Below, piece after piece: positions 1-12,744 of a DNA stretch of 64,000 nucleotides. The notes under the pieces are model-generated. The model made no database searches, was not told where the DNA came from, and saw only the letters and a list, made by a program, of their open reading frames with translations. The stretch is from the NCBI GenBank assembly GCA_950097015.1, contig CATNEN010000003.1, positions 14,632,001 through 14,696,000 on the forward strand, read 5' to 3'. This DNA is from Macrostomum hystrix (taxonomy: Eukaryota; Animalia; Platyhelminthes). Both the position numbers and the translations under genes were made by a program. Numbering within the stretch: position 1 is the first letter of the stretch; every line of letters begins with the position of its first letter.

Positions 1-199
1 ATTATGAATCAATTAATAACGAAGACGCTTATTACTTATTTCTTGCTGTTCAAGGTTGCAAAATAAAAATACCGTCAGTAATTGACAAACTTGGATCAAA
101 AATAAAAGTTTGTGCATTATTACACGCCTATTTGAATTTAGTGAATTAAAACTGGTCAATATTGAGTGCAGCTTTTAAAGTACAAAAATGGCATTCCAG

Positions 200-1055
200 C
201 CTGAAAGCTAAGCAAGTCCCTGAAGCTTGAAGACACTCCCTGAAGCTTAAAGACAGTATCCGAAGCTCGAAAATGCTCCCAAAAGCTTGAGGATACACCC
301 TGAAGCTTGAAGACACTCCCTGAAGCTTAAAGACAGTATCCGAAGCTCGAAAATGCTCCCAAAAGCTTGAGGATACACCCTGAAGCTTGAAGACACTCAC
401 TGAAGCTCTTCGACACTTTCTGAAGCTTTTTGACACTTCCTGAAGCTTGAGGATACTCCCTGAAGCTTGTATACACTCCCTGAAGCTTAAAGACACTCCC
501 TGAAGCTTAAAGACACTCCCTGAAGCTTTTAGACAAACCTGAAGCTTGAAGACACTCCCTGAAGCTTGAAGACACTCCCTGAAGCTCTTCGACACTTTCT
601 GAAGCTTTTTGACACTTCCTGAAGCTTGAGGATACTCCCTGAAGCTTGTATACACTCCCTGAAGCTTAAAGACACTCCCTGAAGCTTTTAGACAAACCTG
701 AAGCTTGAAGACACTCACTGAAGCTTTTCGACACTCCCTGAAGCTTGAAGACGCTAACTGAAGCCTAAAGACACTCCCTGAAGCTTAAAGACACTCCCTG
801 AAGCTTTTAGACAAACCTGAAGCTTGAAGACACTCACTGAAAATTTTCGACACTCCCTGAAGCTTAAATACACTTCCTGAAGCTTGAGGATACTCCCTGA
901 GGCACGAAGACACCCCCTGAATCTTGAAGACACTATTTGAAGCTCGAAAACACTCCCTGAAGCTTAAAGATACTATCTGAAGCTCGAAAGCTTGCTGCTC
1001 AAAATCCGGTCCGAAGCTCGTCACATTAGCCCTGAAGCTTTGAAGCATCCGAAGT
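200..1055. repeat. ~20-bp minisatellite (TGAAGCTTGAAGACACTCCC)n
   Basis: Tandem units read directly; within a TMEM135 intron. Confidence 0.95.
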
Positions 1056-1171
1056 TCTGAAGATTTTCAACTAACAATTGCCATCGCCCTTTGCAAAATA
1101 AAAGCAAACAGAAGCAATGGTTAAGTTACGCATGTGCCTGCAGACCTACTAATTATTTTTATTTCATTTAC

Positions 1172-1267
1172 CGCTGTTTCCGTTCAAATGACACGGAGAC
1201 TAACGAGCAAGTTAAAGTTGGCAGGAAGCCAGTATTGGCTAGCGTGAAGGTGTCAGTCAATGTCCGT
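1172..1267 (-). CDS. TMEM135: TMEM135 exon 3b (paralogous alternative to 3a); the gene continues beyond position 1
   Basis: TTTTTTAG|...CG|GTAAAT, 96 nt, phase 2-2; RTLTDTFTLANTGFLPTLTCSLVSVSFERKQR has the GF and ERKxR motifs of TMEM135. Confidence 0.75.
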
Positions 1268-1440
1268 CTAAAAAAACAGTATAGCGGCACAAGAAAAATT
1301 CAAGTTTTGAGTTTAAATGGGATTATGAGTAACTATTGAGCAAACTAATCAAAGAAACTTGTTTTTTTCGTGAACTATAAATTAACTTGTCGTGTGTCAT
1401 AACCAGGAATATGAATAGGAATAGGAATAGATATAACGAA

Positions 1441-1915
1441 ACTGAGCAGATTCCAATCCACTCACTAAGCAGATTCCAATCCACTCACTGAGCAGATTCC
1501 AATCCACTCACTAAGCAGATTCCAATCCACTCACTGAGCAGATTCCAATCCACTCACTAAGCAGATTCCAATCCACTCACTAAGCAGATTCCAATCTACT
1601 CACTAAGCAGATTCCAATCTACTCACTAAGCAGATTCCAATCCACTCACTAAGCAGATTCCAATCCACTTATTGAGCAGATTCCAATCCACTTACTAAGC
1701 ATATTCCAATCCACTCACTAAGCAGATTCCAATCCACTTATTGAGCAGATTCCAATCCACTTATTGAGCAGATTCCAATAAAAACATTGGGCAGATTCCA
1801 AGAAACACATTGAGCAGATTCCAGTAAAAACATTGGGCAGATTCCAATAAACACATTGAGCAGATTCAAATAAACTCACTGAGCAGATTCCAATAAACTC
1901 ATTGAGCAGATTCCA
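1441..1915. repeat. 23-bp minisatellite (ACTGAGCAGATTCCAATCCACTC)n
   Basis: Tandem units read directly. Confidence 0.95.
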
Positions 1916-2351
1916 AATGCTTTATTAAGCCAATACCTACTCAATCAATTACAGGGCCAATACCAAATCCTTAATTAACTTTTTACTGACTGATATATAA
2001 TCCTAATTCAATCCTTCACTAGCTTGATAAAACAATCATTAGCAGTTTTGGAAATCAATATCTACAAGCTCATATATCCTGTTTATGACACAAATATTAA
2101 ACAGAAACTGTATGCAACATTTTACTGAAGTATGCATAATGAAGGAGGAATGTTTAACTTTTGTCACTTATGTTATTACCTATAGATCTTTTATTTAAGC
2201 AACTGCTTGCATTTCACTTTCAGAACAGAACTCATTCAAAATATCAGCATTTTTTATAACCTGATGGCCAATTTGATGAAGTAAATAATTTGTGATAGGC
2301 CTTGCTATACTTAAATATTAAGCATGGATAATATATATTAGCTTATAATAA

Positions 2352-2675
2352 TAATTAATAATAATAATTAATTATAATAATTGATTACACCTGCCCCAAT
2401 CGGGCCAGATGTGCAGCCGACAGCACAGCCGCAGCTAATGCGCAGCGCATCTGAAGGCTGCGTACAGCTGTTCAGTCCACGGACTGGGGGGTTGCCACAC
2501 CCACCTTCAATTATCCCAGCTGATGCTGGTTCCCATTTAACAGCTGGGTGAACTGAAGCAATGCAGAGTTAAGTGTCTTGCTAAAGGACACAAATTGTTC
2601 CAGTGGAGTCGGGAATCGAACCCCCGACCTTCAAGTCGTGAGTCCGATGCACTAACCACTAGGCTACAACCTCTG
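2352..2675 (-). mobile_element. Full-length tRNA-derived SINE with a CORE-like central domain
   Basis: A box TAGCCTAGTGG, B box GGTTCGATTCC, then GTGTCCTTTAGCAAGACACTTAACTC...CAGCTGTTAAATGGG resembling the MIR/CORE domain; ATT-rich tail; TSD GCTTATAATAA at 2341-2351 and 2676-2686. Confidence 0.9.
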
Positions 2676-3051
2676 GCTTATAATAAAAAACAATTAAAAA
2701 CAGAGTACATATTTTAATTCACCACACATCTAAGTGAATATGAAAAGCAAATATTCATTAAAATGAAAATAACACAATAACACAATGATTAGTAACTTCA
2801 GTGAAATATAACTACAAAGAAGTATCTATAGAATTGCAAAAAGGAATGCTTTAAATGGTTAGAATCTCAGAAGAGTAATGAGGCTAAAATCTCAGTAGAG
2901 TGGGATATGAAGTTAAGAAAGGATTTAAAAATAGTATGAAATTGAGAAAACATAGATCTAGCTAGTGAATATTAATTATGGCAAACAGTAAACAATTAAA
3001 CTTAGAAAGTAAAACAAAAACTAAATCAAACACAATATTTCAAATCATTAC

Positions 3052-3141
3052 CGATCTGGTCTTTCTACACACAAGGCTAAAGCTGAGCAAGCTGGGGCAG
3101 TGGTAATCACTTGAAACAAATAGTAGAATGAAAAGCACTTC
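3052..3141 (-). CDS. TMEM135: TMEM135 exon 3a
   Basis: TTTTCAG|...CG|GTAATG, 90 nt, phase 2-2; KCFSFYYLFQVITTAPACSALALCVERPDR ends in the conserved ERxxR motif. Confidence 0.75.
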
Positions 3142-3287
3142 CTGAAAATATTGGATAAAGAAAAAAGGCTTTCAAGACTTTAACGTGTTATTCATGAAAA
3201 GCTTGGTTTACATTTTCATCCAGTATGCTTTAACACAATTTGACTACACATTTACAGTTAAAGAAATAGGGCTTACACAAGAATAAA

Positions 3288-3567
3288 CATACATGCGCAA
3301 CCTCCCAAATCTTAGCCGGCTTGTGCGACTTAGTTTTTGCTCTCATTTGCAACTTAGTTCGTTTCAATGCTATACTTACGACTTAGTTTGCTCTCATTTG
3401 CTCTCTTTTCTCTCCCCTTTTTCCTTTTCTTCACGCCTTCCTTCTTTGTCCCTTGGTCCCCCTTTGATTTTTTTGCGCTTGGTCAATTGATTTTTGCCAC
3501 TTACCTTGCTTGGCCCTCGTTTCACCTGGCCAGTTCAGCCGGGTCGGCCAGGTGTTGCGCATGTATG
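3288..3567. mobile_element. hAT-like MITE (280 bp)
   Basis: Perfect 14-bp TIR CATACATGCGCAAC (3288-3301 / 3554-3567); flanks AGAATAAA / AGAATACA form a 7/8 match to an 8-bp TSD. Confidence 0.8.
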
Positions 3568-3928
3568 AGAATACATAAAGGCTAACTTCAATTTGAACCA
3601 AAGATTTTAGGGAAAAAAAATTTGAAGAATGTCAAGAGTATGTTATCTGATGCTATCAGTAGTCTTTTATAATATACTTATTAAACTGATGCCAAATACA
3701 CAAATAGTAACAATTAAGAGGTTTACACTAAAAATGATTTTTTTACATTCTGGGGAATTTATGTGAAATGCAAGCAGTGTACATATTAAAGTACCAACTA
3801 GGCGTATCTATATTTTTTATGTTTTAAAACTTTATGAAGGCCAGAAACTTCTATATTTTATTTTTAGAATACAATATTATTAAGCAATCTATAAATGCAG
3901 TATTAGCTAGAAAAATATTCAAACTTAC

Positions 3929-4074
3929 CTCCATAAACAGAAAGTCATAATGAATGACAAACCATTTGAGCCAAGAAAGAATGTTGATCTTAATAATTCT
4001 GGAAACATCTTCAATAGGTCCTGAGTGATGCTTGTCTTTTTCTGCTGGTTACGCTTTTTCAGAAAAAGTGCCAA
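3929..4074 (-). CDS. TMEM135: TMEM135 coding exon 2
   Basis: TTTTAG|...AG|GTAAGT, 146 nt, phase 0 to 2; LALFLKKR...PELLRSTFFLGSNGLSFIMTFCLWR matches PEILQSASFLTANG...FCILR. Confidence 0.9.
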
Positions 4075-4709
4075 CTAAAATTTCAGACCAAATGGGTTGA
4101 CATGACATTAAAATATAACTATCAAAGACATAACTATAACCTAGGCTAGCCTAGGGGTGAAATATTTAAAACTTAAAACTTGCTTAAAGGCTCATTTTTG
4201 TCTATATCTACATTTACTAAATATATTTTGTTACCTTATCAAAGCCCTTCCATTTTGAAAATGAATCATTTATGCCTATTTTCCTTTAAAAAATCAAATT
4301 TAATTGGATAGCCTAATATGAACAAAGTTTCATTAAATTAGTATAAAAATGAAAATTAATGGTAGTAAACTAAATTGCTATGCCCTGGCTTAAGTGGCTT
4401 GTTTGCTCAAATGTATGCCTAAATGCCTAGGTTTGTATGCCCAAAAGTAGATTGTTTGAAATTATTACTAGTTCAAAAAAGTTATGTAGGAAAGCTATTA
4501 GTACATTCTGTATAGATTTGCCTTAAATTTTAGAGTATAGAAAAATTAATTTACACTGTCAAATGGGCCAAGATAGGTCTAATCTAAATTATTATTCAAA
4601 AAACTATTTTGTTAAAAAAACCTTCACCAATGAGAAATATTGTCACTTGGCTATTTTCTATTACAAATACTTAACTAAAGTTGAAGGGCGCGAGTACAAC
4701 AATACTTAC

Positions 4710-4868
4710 AAGGTACAGTGGTAGATAAATCTTAAATGCTGTTTTGTAACTAGAGAGCCCAACATCTTTCCATGCTTGCAGGCAGCTAGAAGTCCAAGTG
4801 TGGCCAACCTCATAGCAAGTAAAGCCCCGAAGGACGTATTCATCTGAGCATTTGCTCAAGACAACCAT
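4710..4868 (-). CDS. TMEM135: TMEM135 coding exon 1
   Basis: MVVLSK...CYEVGHTWTSSC...KIYLPLYL matches the TMEM135 N-terminus (CYEIGHTW..SC, KIYAPLYL); donor CTT|GTAAGT, phase 0. Confidence 0.9.
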
Positions 4869-6999
4869 TCTTTCCTGCTTAGATAGAATATGTCTAAGTT
4901 TGCCAGATCTGGGCAAATCTGCATTAATAGTGCATTACATTAGCCCCAAAAAGTTTCTTAGAAAATAGAAAGTGCATGAATTCACGATGATTCCATGGAA
5001 TCGGAGTTTTGTTCGATTCATTATCTAAAGTATAACAACTATTTTAACACACTAAAGAAAACAATATTAGGTATCCATGAAAAGCATTACGAAAAAAATC
5101 TTTTTTTTTCCAAATGACAATTTCTTGGTGGATAAAAATGTCTGCATGGAATGTTTTTTCTCTATATCAAATTTTCTCTATATCAATACTTTTCGCTCAC
5201 TGACTTCGCTTAGTCCGATGGTCAAAACAGTCGTCAACAGACAGCCATATAAGGCTGTGCGTAAAGACCTTTCTATGCGCAGTCGTAGATCCTTCTTAAA
5301 TTGGCAGTTGACATTTAGATCCATCGATGAAAGAAGAAATCAAAAGTGTTTTTGAAACTCGAAGCAAATGAAGCGGATGTCTTGAATTTTGGCAGTTTTT
5401 TCCATTCTATAGAGCAAGAGTTGTTTCCTTTCAACAGGGCAGAATGTAAGATCACAGCATGTGGATCGCACCTGACGGTTGATTTTTAATTAATACAGCA
5501 GAATAGACCGTGTGGCGCAATTATATAAGCGGATATTCATACAATTCAGAAGCTTCCTAATTCTCGCGTTACAGATATGTGTTTCCCGTATGAACATGTT
5601 TTCCCATGAAGCCTTCAAGCTCGCCAATCCGTGCGAATCCAATCAGCTTGCAGTAGCAGCAGCCTTGGTAGCATTTTTGGTGGATGGAATAAACAGCGGA
5701 AGCATGCAGTTCTAAGCCAGCATTGGCAGCAGCACCAGAGTGTTCTCGGAGAAAAGAAAAAAAGTTCTAACATGGATTTTCGGCGCACGCCCCGCTTCCC
5801 CAATTGAAATTCCAAATCTGCCCTCCCCCAACCGCTTCTGTCATCGACTATAAGCCGACAGAATCAAATAAGAGCTTGCGGCGAGATCTTCACGCGGCTA
5901 GAAAGAATTCAAATGTATATAAGCTCCGAGAGAATCCTGGCACGTCTATTTAGTTTGATTTTGAAGCGCGCGAGATTTTATAATTACTTTTTTTCTCTTT
6001 CAGCAGCAGCTAGCGGGCCGCGCTTGTCAGGACAAAATCCTGGGTCTCATTTTCCTCTTGCTTTATCGCTACCTACACACAACTCACTTAAAAAACAATA
6101 GGAATTAAGTGACATGCCAATTTTCTTAAAGAAACGAATGAGACGAGAAATCTTTTGCCTGATTGGCATTACGGAGTGAGCTGTTGCAAAGATCTACTAC
6201 ATGCACGATCTAGGGGTTGAATCCCGGCCCCTACTCTATATAGTTCTATAAAATTTGACTTTTTTTTTAAATCGTAAGAAAAATTGAACCAAGTTTTGAC
6301 CGCGCTTGGCAAGCATGCTGCTAGACAAATTGTCTTTTCTAGATTAGCTGCGCTGCCAAGCAGTGCTATAACTTTGCTCTCATCAACAATAGAAATATAT
6401 CATAGTGCTCAGATGATAAACTTATTTTTAATTCTCGAGTAAAGAGAGAAAGAGAAGCAGATAAAAAGACAGCCAACCTGTCGTTTTGTCTTCTTTTTTT
6501 GACAGCAGCTCAATGCAGATTTCTATTTATTTTTTAAGCGCTTATCTTAATTCAACAGAAAATAGAAAATATTAGAGATCGTTGCATTTTGTTTGGAAGC
6601 TGTCTAACTGTCTAAGAAGCAGCATAGTTTGATGGGTTAGCTATAGCAGATAGAGACTAGAGAAATAGCTTGAGTCCATTGCGGTAATATTATATCGTTA
6701 TTCTTTTTTTCGAGGATACCTGCATGCGCTCCTGCGCCTTTCATTTTAGCAAATGCACTGCACTGTTTGTGTGTTTGACAGCTTTCACAGCGTAGATAAG
6801 CCTTTCATTCTTTTTTTGTAGCTTTTCTGGATTTTCGGAAAATGGCTCTCTGTTTGCTTGCCATAGACTCATAGAGAGTTATAGGAGACAACAGAGAGAA
6901 AGATAGAGAGAGAGAATAAATAACTGCTGCTTTTTAGCTTGTCCCATAAGCACTATTCATCTATCTATCTATGATCGTATCCCAAAGCTCTCAAATCCC

Positions 7000-7665
7000 A
7001 CATCTCATCTCTTCCTTGTCTCATCTCTCCTGTATTGTCTCACCGCTGTCTCATCTCTCCTCTGTCTCACCGTTCCGCTGTCTCACCTCTCCCCTGTCTC
7101 ATCTCTCCGCTGTCTCATCTCTCCCCTGTCTCATCTCTCCCCTGTCTCATCTCTTCCCTGTCTCATCTCTCCCTGTCTAACCCCCCTGTCTCATCTATCC
7201 CCAGTCTCATCTCTCCGCTGTCTCATCTATCCTCTGTCTCATCTATCCCCAGTCTCATCTCTCCGCTGTCTCATCTATCCTCTGTCTCATCTCTCCGCTG
7301 TCTCATCTATCCTCTGTCTCATCTATCCCCAGTCTCATCTCTCCGCTGTCTCATCTATCCCCAGTCTCATCTCTCTGCTGTCTTATCTATCCTCTGTCTC
7401 ATCTATCCCCAGTCTCATCTCTCCGCTGTCTCATCTATCCGCTGTCTCATCTCTCCCCAGTCTCATCTCTCCGCTGTCTCATCTATCCGCTGTATCATCT
7501 CTCCCCTGTATTATCTCTCCCCTGTCTTATCTCTTCACTGTCTCATCTCTCCGTGTCTCATCTCCCCTGTCTCATCTCTCAATCTGTCTAATCTCTCCAG
7601 CTGTCTAATCTCTTTACCTGTCTAATCTGATCCTATGTCTTATCTCCCCTGTCTCGTCTCTCTAC
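7000..7665 (+). repeat. 16-bp minisatellite (CTGTCTCATCTCTCCC)n
   Basis: Tandem units; dispersed family with six arrays in the window. Confidence 0.95.
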
Positions 7666-8706
7666 ATGTGCAGTTTTAGAGGCCTACCTACGCCCTCTAG
7701 ATTCCCTCTATTTCCCGAAAAGTACACATTATACGTATAAGGTTGTCGACCCTGAACTAGGATGAAACTATAATGCATAAATTGTTCGGCACAGTGTCAC
7801 AGTTCGCATCTGGACCAAAACAGAAGACAAACAATTTTAATTGTAGTTTAAGTCAAGAATCGATTAAGTTTGGCTACAATGATACATTAGGAAATTATAT
7901 ACACTTGAAAGTAACAAATGAAAGTCTGTATAGGCTAACGCTTACATATTGTTCTAAAGAAGAGGTTAAAATTATCGGAGAGACATTTACAGGCTGTGAC
8001 TGTAACAATTTTTGTGCAGGCTCTGAATATTGCTTGAACATGCAATCACGCAAAGCGTGAGTGCTAACTGCTAACCTATCTGTCTGGCTTTCGTCTATAA
8101 TGTTTGGAGCATTCATTTTTGATTGAAAATTAACGTTCTATGAAGTCAAAGCTAGGGGCCTCACTAAAGTCACAGTGTTCCTGAGTCACAACGCAGATTT
8201 GAGTCGGATTAAAATTTATTACTAAACCATCTCTATAAGTGGATGATGCTAATGCAAATTTCTCCATATCCGCGTGAAGGAGATCAAAGATTTGTTTTGT
8301 TAGATTTTACAACACTAGAATTAGATAGTCGTAAAGGCCGTATTAATAAGCTGAGCAATATTGGTAGGGCCATTGGGATAGGATATAGCAGTCGCAGTCT
8401 TCACACTTTCTGGCTGCTGCTTTTTTGGGGAGTTAAGAAATGGCTCAGGGCATTGCAGGGGGGTCGGTGAAGGGCGGGGAGCAGTATTTGAAATATACGC
8501 CTTTTTCCTTCCTTCCATATCCATACTCATACTTAGAAGGGGGGTTGGGATATCTGGCCACCCTCAATTCCTCCTAGAAGGATCCTGATTTCTGTCAGTG
8601 ACTCACCGTTGTCTATCTGGCACATTTGGCTGTAGTTTTATTAGCTGCTGATTTTTCACAAGCTGAACAATTTAACTGACAAGAAATTATATCAATATAG
8701 ACTTTT

Positions 8707-8910
8707 TGACAGGATGGACATTATTGACAAGGTGGACATTTTTGACAAGGTGGGCATTATTGCACAAGGTGGACATTATTGCACAAGGTGGACATTATTG
8801 CACAAGGTGGACATTGTTGCACAAGGTGGACATTATTGCACAAGGTGGACATTTTTGACAATGTGGACATTTTTGACAATGTGGACATTTTTGACAAGGT
8901 GGACATTTTC
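8707..8910. repeat. 18/19-bp minisatellite (TGCACAAGGTGGACATTAT)n
   Basis: Tandem units read directly. Confidence 0.9.
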
Positions 8911-9009
8911 AAACTCAAATTTTTTCGACGACATAGACATTTTCGACCGGTTAGAAATTTTAAACCAGATGGAAATTTTTGACCGTGCAGTTACTTTGTA
9001 AAGCTTTTT

Positions 9010-9160
9010 GAGTCCATGGACTGGACTGCATGAGGAATTTCTACCCCGGCGAACGCTGTTCTGATTTTGTGCAGCTGATTAAACTGAAGCAACGGGTAAA
9101 TGCCTTGTTGTACTCAATGACACTTTTTCCTTCTGACCGAAATTCGAACTCCTGACCTCC
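9010..9160 (-). mobile_element. Degraded copy of the CORE-like SINE
   Basis: Shares AGTCCATGGACTG, CAGCTG..AACTGAAGCAA and TCGAAC..CTGACCT blocks with the 2352-2675 element. Confidence 0.55.
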
Positions 9161-10919
9161 AGAGGTCTGCTAATTTTCAGATCGTTGTGATTTTAAAGTG
9201 AAACAAGTATTTTTTAACTGACGAATATTTCTTTGTATCTAAGTTGACTACCAGTTATTTCATTATTGTTCATATAGCATTATATATTTATAAGAGCTCT
9301 TTTGCGAATCATTCGAATTAAATAGGCTCAATAATAGTCATATTTACAACTTTTTGTAAACAAAGGATTATAGAAATTCAATAATATATGTAAGCGAGAG
9401 AACAATACTAGTATTACTTTCACAATGGGTGACTAAAAATATGTTGAATTGCATTTTTGCTATTTGGTTGTTTTTTGACAAGCTCATCGAAATTCAATTA
9501 TAAAATAATGGACTTTACATTGCGAAAAAGTACTACAAAATACAAAGACTGTGCCTTTACGAGAACGCAACACTTTAAGCTTGGAGTTTCTTCGGCTTTG
9601 AAATGTACATCTACAGGTCACGTGATAGGGAGATTCCGAAACGATCGTGTTTCTAAAAATAGCAACAATTCAATGATCAATAAGTTCAGTGTCGCATCCT
9701 CTTGTCTACATAATTCTTCTTAATGCGTGCAAAATTAATTGAAACTAAATTGAAGGTTTAACAAAGATTAGCAAAACACAAGCTGTGTAAAATATGAATG
9801 ACAGTAACAGAAAGTTTCATTAAACATAAATCAAGTTAAGTTCGAATAACGCAAAGCCATGATTCGGGGCGCATTTTAAGATTTTTACGATGCTAGTCTA
9901 AGCAGTCTAAGTACAAGTATATAGACGTTTAGGTACACGATTTTGTCAGCAAATTAGGCTAACAAAAGTACATCACAACACGACCTTTATAATATGAATA
10001 AGCTCGATATTTTCGCATTTTTTTATTTATGAAAAAATAGTTACCGACGTTTGTTAAAACAGAGACAACATTAATATATGAATATGGTGAACTGTTCGTA
10101 CTAAGACTATTTGAATCGTGATCCCCATTTTTATAAGTACCACAGGGATCTAGATCCAGGTTGTTCTAGAATCATTAGGAACTAATTCGTGTTGCTTAAT
10201 CAGACGATAAATTCACATTTTGATCAAGAAAAATTCGCGATTGCACAAAAAGCTTTATTTCTGTTAAAAGCAAACGACAATAAGCAATATGATAAGCAAA
10301 AACACACTAGAAATGTATTTTTAACAAGATAAGCTCGATGAAGCCTACAGGTCTATATAAGCGTTTCGAAAGTTGAAAACAAATTTAAACAATATATCAA
10401 TGAATTTCTAAAAAATACTTTTGCAAAAAATGAAGGCTGTGGGAATTGTACTCCTAAGAAATTTTGAAACCCCGTTAGATTAAACAATTGAAATCGATAG
10501 CAAATAAAGTCGTTAAAATAGCTACAAAACAATTACTTGTCAAATTGAGATTATAACAAATTTTGACACGCTTATTAAAATAATCGGAGATATATTGTCC
10601 ATAGACAGTTTCAGTTGCGAAATCAAATCGCTTATCACTGCATACTGCGAGCCGTGTTAGTACAAAATCAATACAATAAGTGCAGTTTTATTTTACACTT
10701 GTTCAAGCTTACCAGAAGTTTCAGAGGCCTGTTAAAGACTCGGGAGAGCGCCCCAGATAGTTTATTTCGAAATCCAACTGTGGTCTGATTTTTCAATCTG
10801 AAAAAATTTACATTTTGAGACAATATATTTATAAAATATATATAAGAGTGTAATGAAAAATTATATCAATAAATTAAAACTTTTATTTTAACGAACTAAG
10901 AATGGAATATCAATTAAAC

Positions 10920-11927
10920 ATGGGATCACAAAGTCAATGGACGAGAATGGGATCTCAATGTCAATCAACAATGGGATCTCAATGTCAATCAACAATGGGA
11001 TCTCAATAAATTAAGATTGGGATCTCAATGTCAATCGAAAATGGGATCTCAAAGTCAATTGAGAATGGGATCTCAATGTCAATCAACAATGGGATCTCAA
11101 TATCGATCGAGAATGGGATCTCAATGTCAATCGAAAATGGGATCTCAAAGTCAATTGAGAATGGGATCTCAATGTCAATCAACAATGGGATCTCAATGTC
11201 AATCGAAAATGGGATCTCAAAGTCAATCGAGAATGGGATCTCAATGTCAATCAACAATGGGATCTCAATATCGATCGAGAATGGGATCTCAAAGTCAATC
11301 GAGAATGGGATCTCAATGTCAATCAACAATGGGATCTCAATATCAATCGAGAATGGGATCTCAAAGTCAATCGAGAATGGGATCTCCAAGTCAATCAACA
11401 ACGGGATCTCTATAAATTGAGAATGGGATCTCAATAAATTAAGAATGGGATCTCCAAGTCAATCAACAACGGGATCTCTATAAATTGAGAATGGGATCTC
11501 AATAAATTAAGAATGGGATCTCCAAGTCAATCAACAACGGGATCTCTATAAATTGAGAATGGGATCTCAAAGTCAATCGAGAATGGGATCTCAATGTCAA
11601 TCAACAATGGGATCTCAATATCAATCGAGAATGGGATCTCAAAGTCAATCGAGAATGGGATCTCAATGTCAATCAACAATGGGATCTCAATATCAATCGA
11701 GAATGGGATCTCAATGTCAATCGAAAATGGGATCTCAAAGTCAATCAAGAATGGGATCTCAATGTCAATCAACAATGGGATCTCAATATCAATCGAGAAT
11801 GGGATCTCAATGTCAATCGATAATGGGATCTCAAAGTCAATCGAGAATGGGATCTCAATGTCAATCGAAAATGGGATCTCAAAGTCAATCAAGAATGGGA
11901 TCTCAATATCAATCGAGAATGGGATCT
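10920..11927. repeat. 24-bp minisatellite (AATGGGATCTCAATGTCAATCGAG)n
   Basis: Tandem units read directly, about 0.8 kb downstream of the Frizzled stop. Confidence 0.95.
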
Positions 11928-12744
11928 TTGAAAATTTAATTTATAAATGAGCTAAATATCAAAACTTCTACCAGAGAGAAGGCAAATTTAGGTTTTGCTA
12001 TTGTAGTCATTTCACTAGCTTAGTCCCTTAGCAACTTAACTATAATAGTAACTCACAAAGCTTTATTGCACCTATTACAATGTGTAAAGCTAATTTCGCT
12101 ATATGAACACAAATTTTAGTGTCCAGGCATATATGCATTATATTGACGTGTGGCATTTGGTATTCGAACAAGCTAAAACCTGTGTGCTATTGCTGGACAC
12201 CAGCAAGAAATCTAGTCACTTTGATTGACAGCTATAGAACCACACTGCCATTGGTAAGCAAAAGAGGACAGGCAATATAGAATATAAACTAGCACGAACT
12301 AAATCTTTAGGCTTAAATGTTCTGAGATTTTTCTATATTGATAACGGACCTCAGTCCAAACACTGTTAGCGAAACACATAGAAATAGTCTATTATACAAT
12401 CATAGACACTTCCTTTGCGCATAGTGTCAAGCCTGCAGTTTTAATTAGCTTAGTTAGTATTATAGACTGTGATTAGCTTGCAGTCTTAATGTACGGCCGT
12501 CTAGTGTTGCTTTTTTTTATCTCTTCTACTCTACACAAATTTACTTTTCTTTTCTAAATCAACTTTGAACACAGTTGGGTATAAGCCGGGTATAATGCGC
12601 ATTGTGAAAATGATTGATTGTTTACTATCGAGTCTAAATCTATGTGTCTGTCATTGATTATTGACAGTTATTTGTGTATTTTAGGTGACAATGTAAAATA
12701 AAATAGCAGCAGCATGACAAACTTACATGATTGAGGCTCTGATC

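Noticed and set aside
30-127. Minus-strand acceptor at 128 followed by RVIMHKLLFLIQV..., a possible next TMEM135 exon or third exon 3 copy
   Set aside because: Poor match to the expected RGLLTIYMANL segment and no phase-2 donor at the position used by 3a and 3b
2600-2673. tRNA gene calls for this and other tRNA-like heads (24340, 47220, 48330, 25721)
   Set aside because: No complete cloverleaf or acceptor stem; they are SINE-type heads
5218-5715. Possible small plus-strand gene head-to-head with TMEM135 (faint RPP14/POP5-like peptide KVFLKLE...QELF...ICVS)
   Set aside because: Could not build a stop-free model with an ATG and good splice sites; similarity too weak to call without a search
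9620-9655. GGA-GAT-TCC-GAAACGATCGTG resembling a minimal hammerhead 3' half
   Set aside because: No CUGANGA box, no NUH triplet and no stem I
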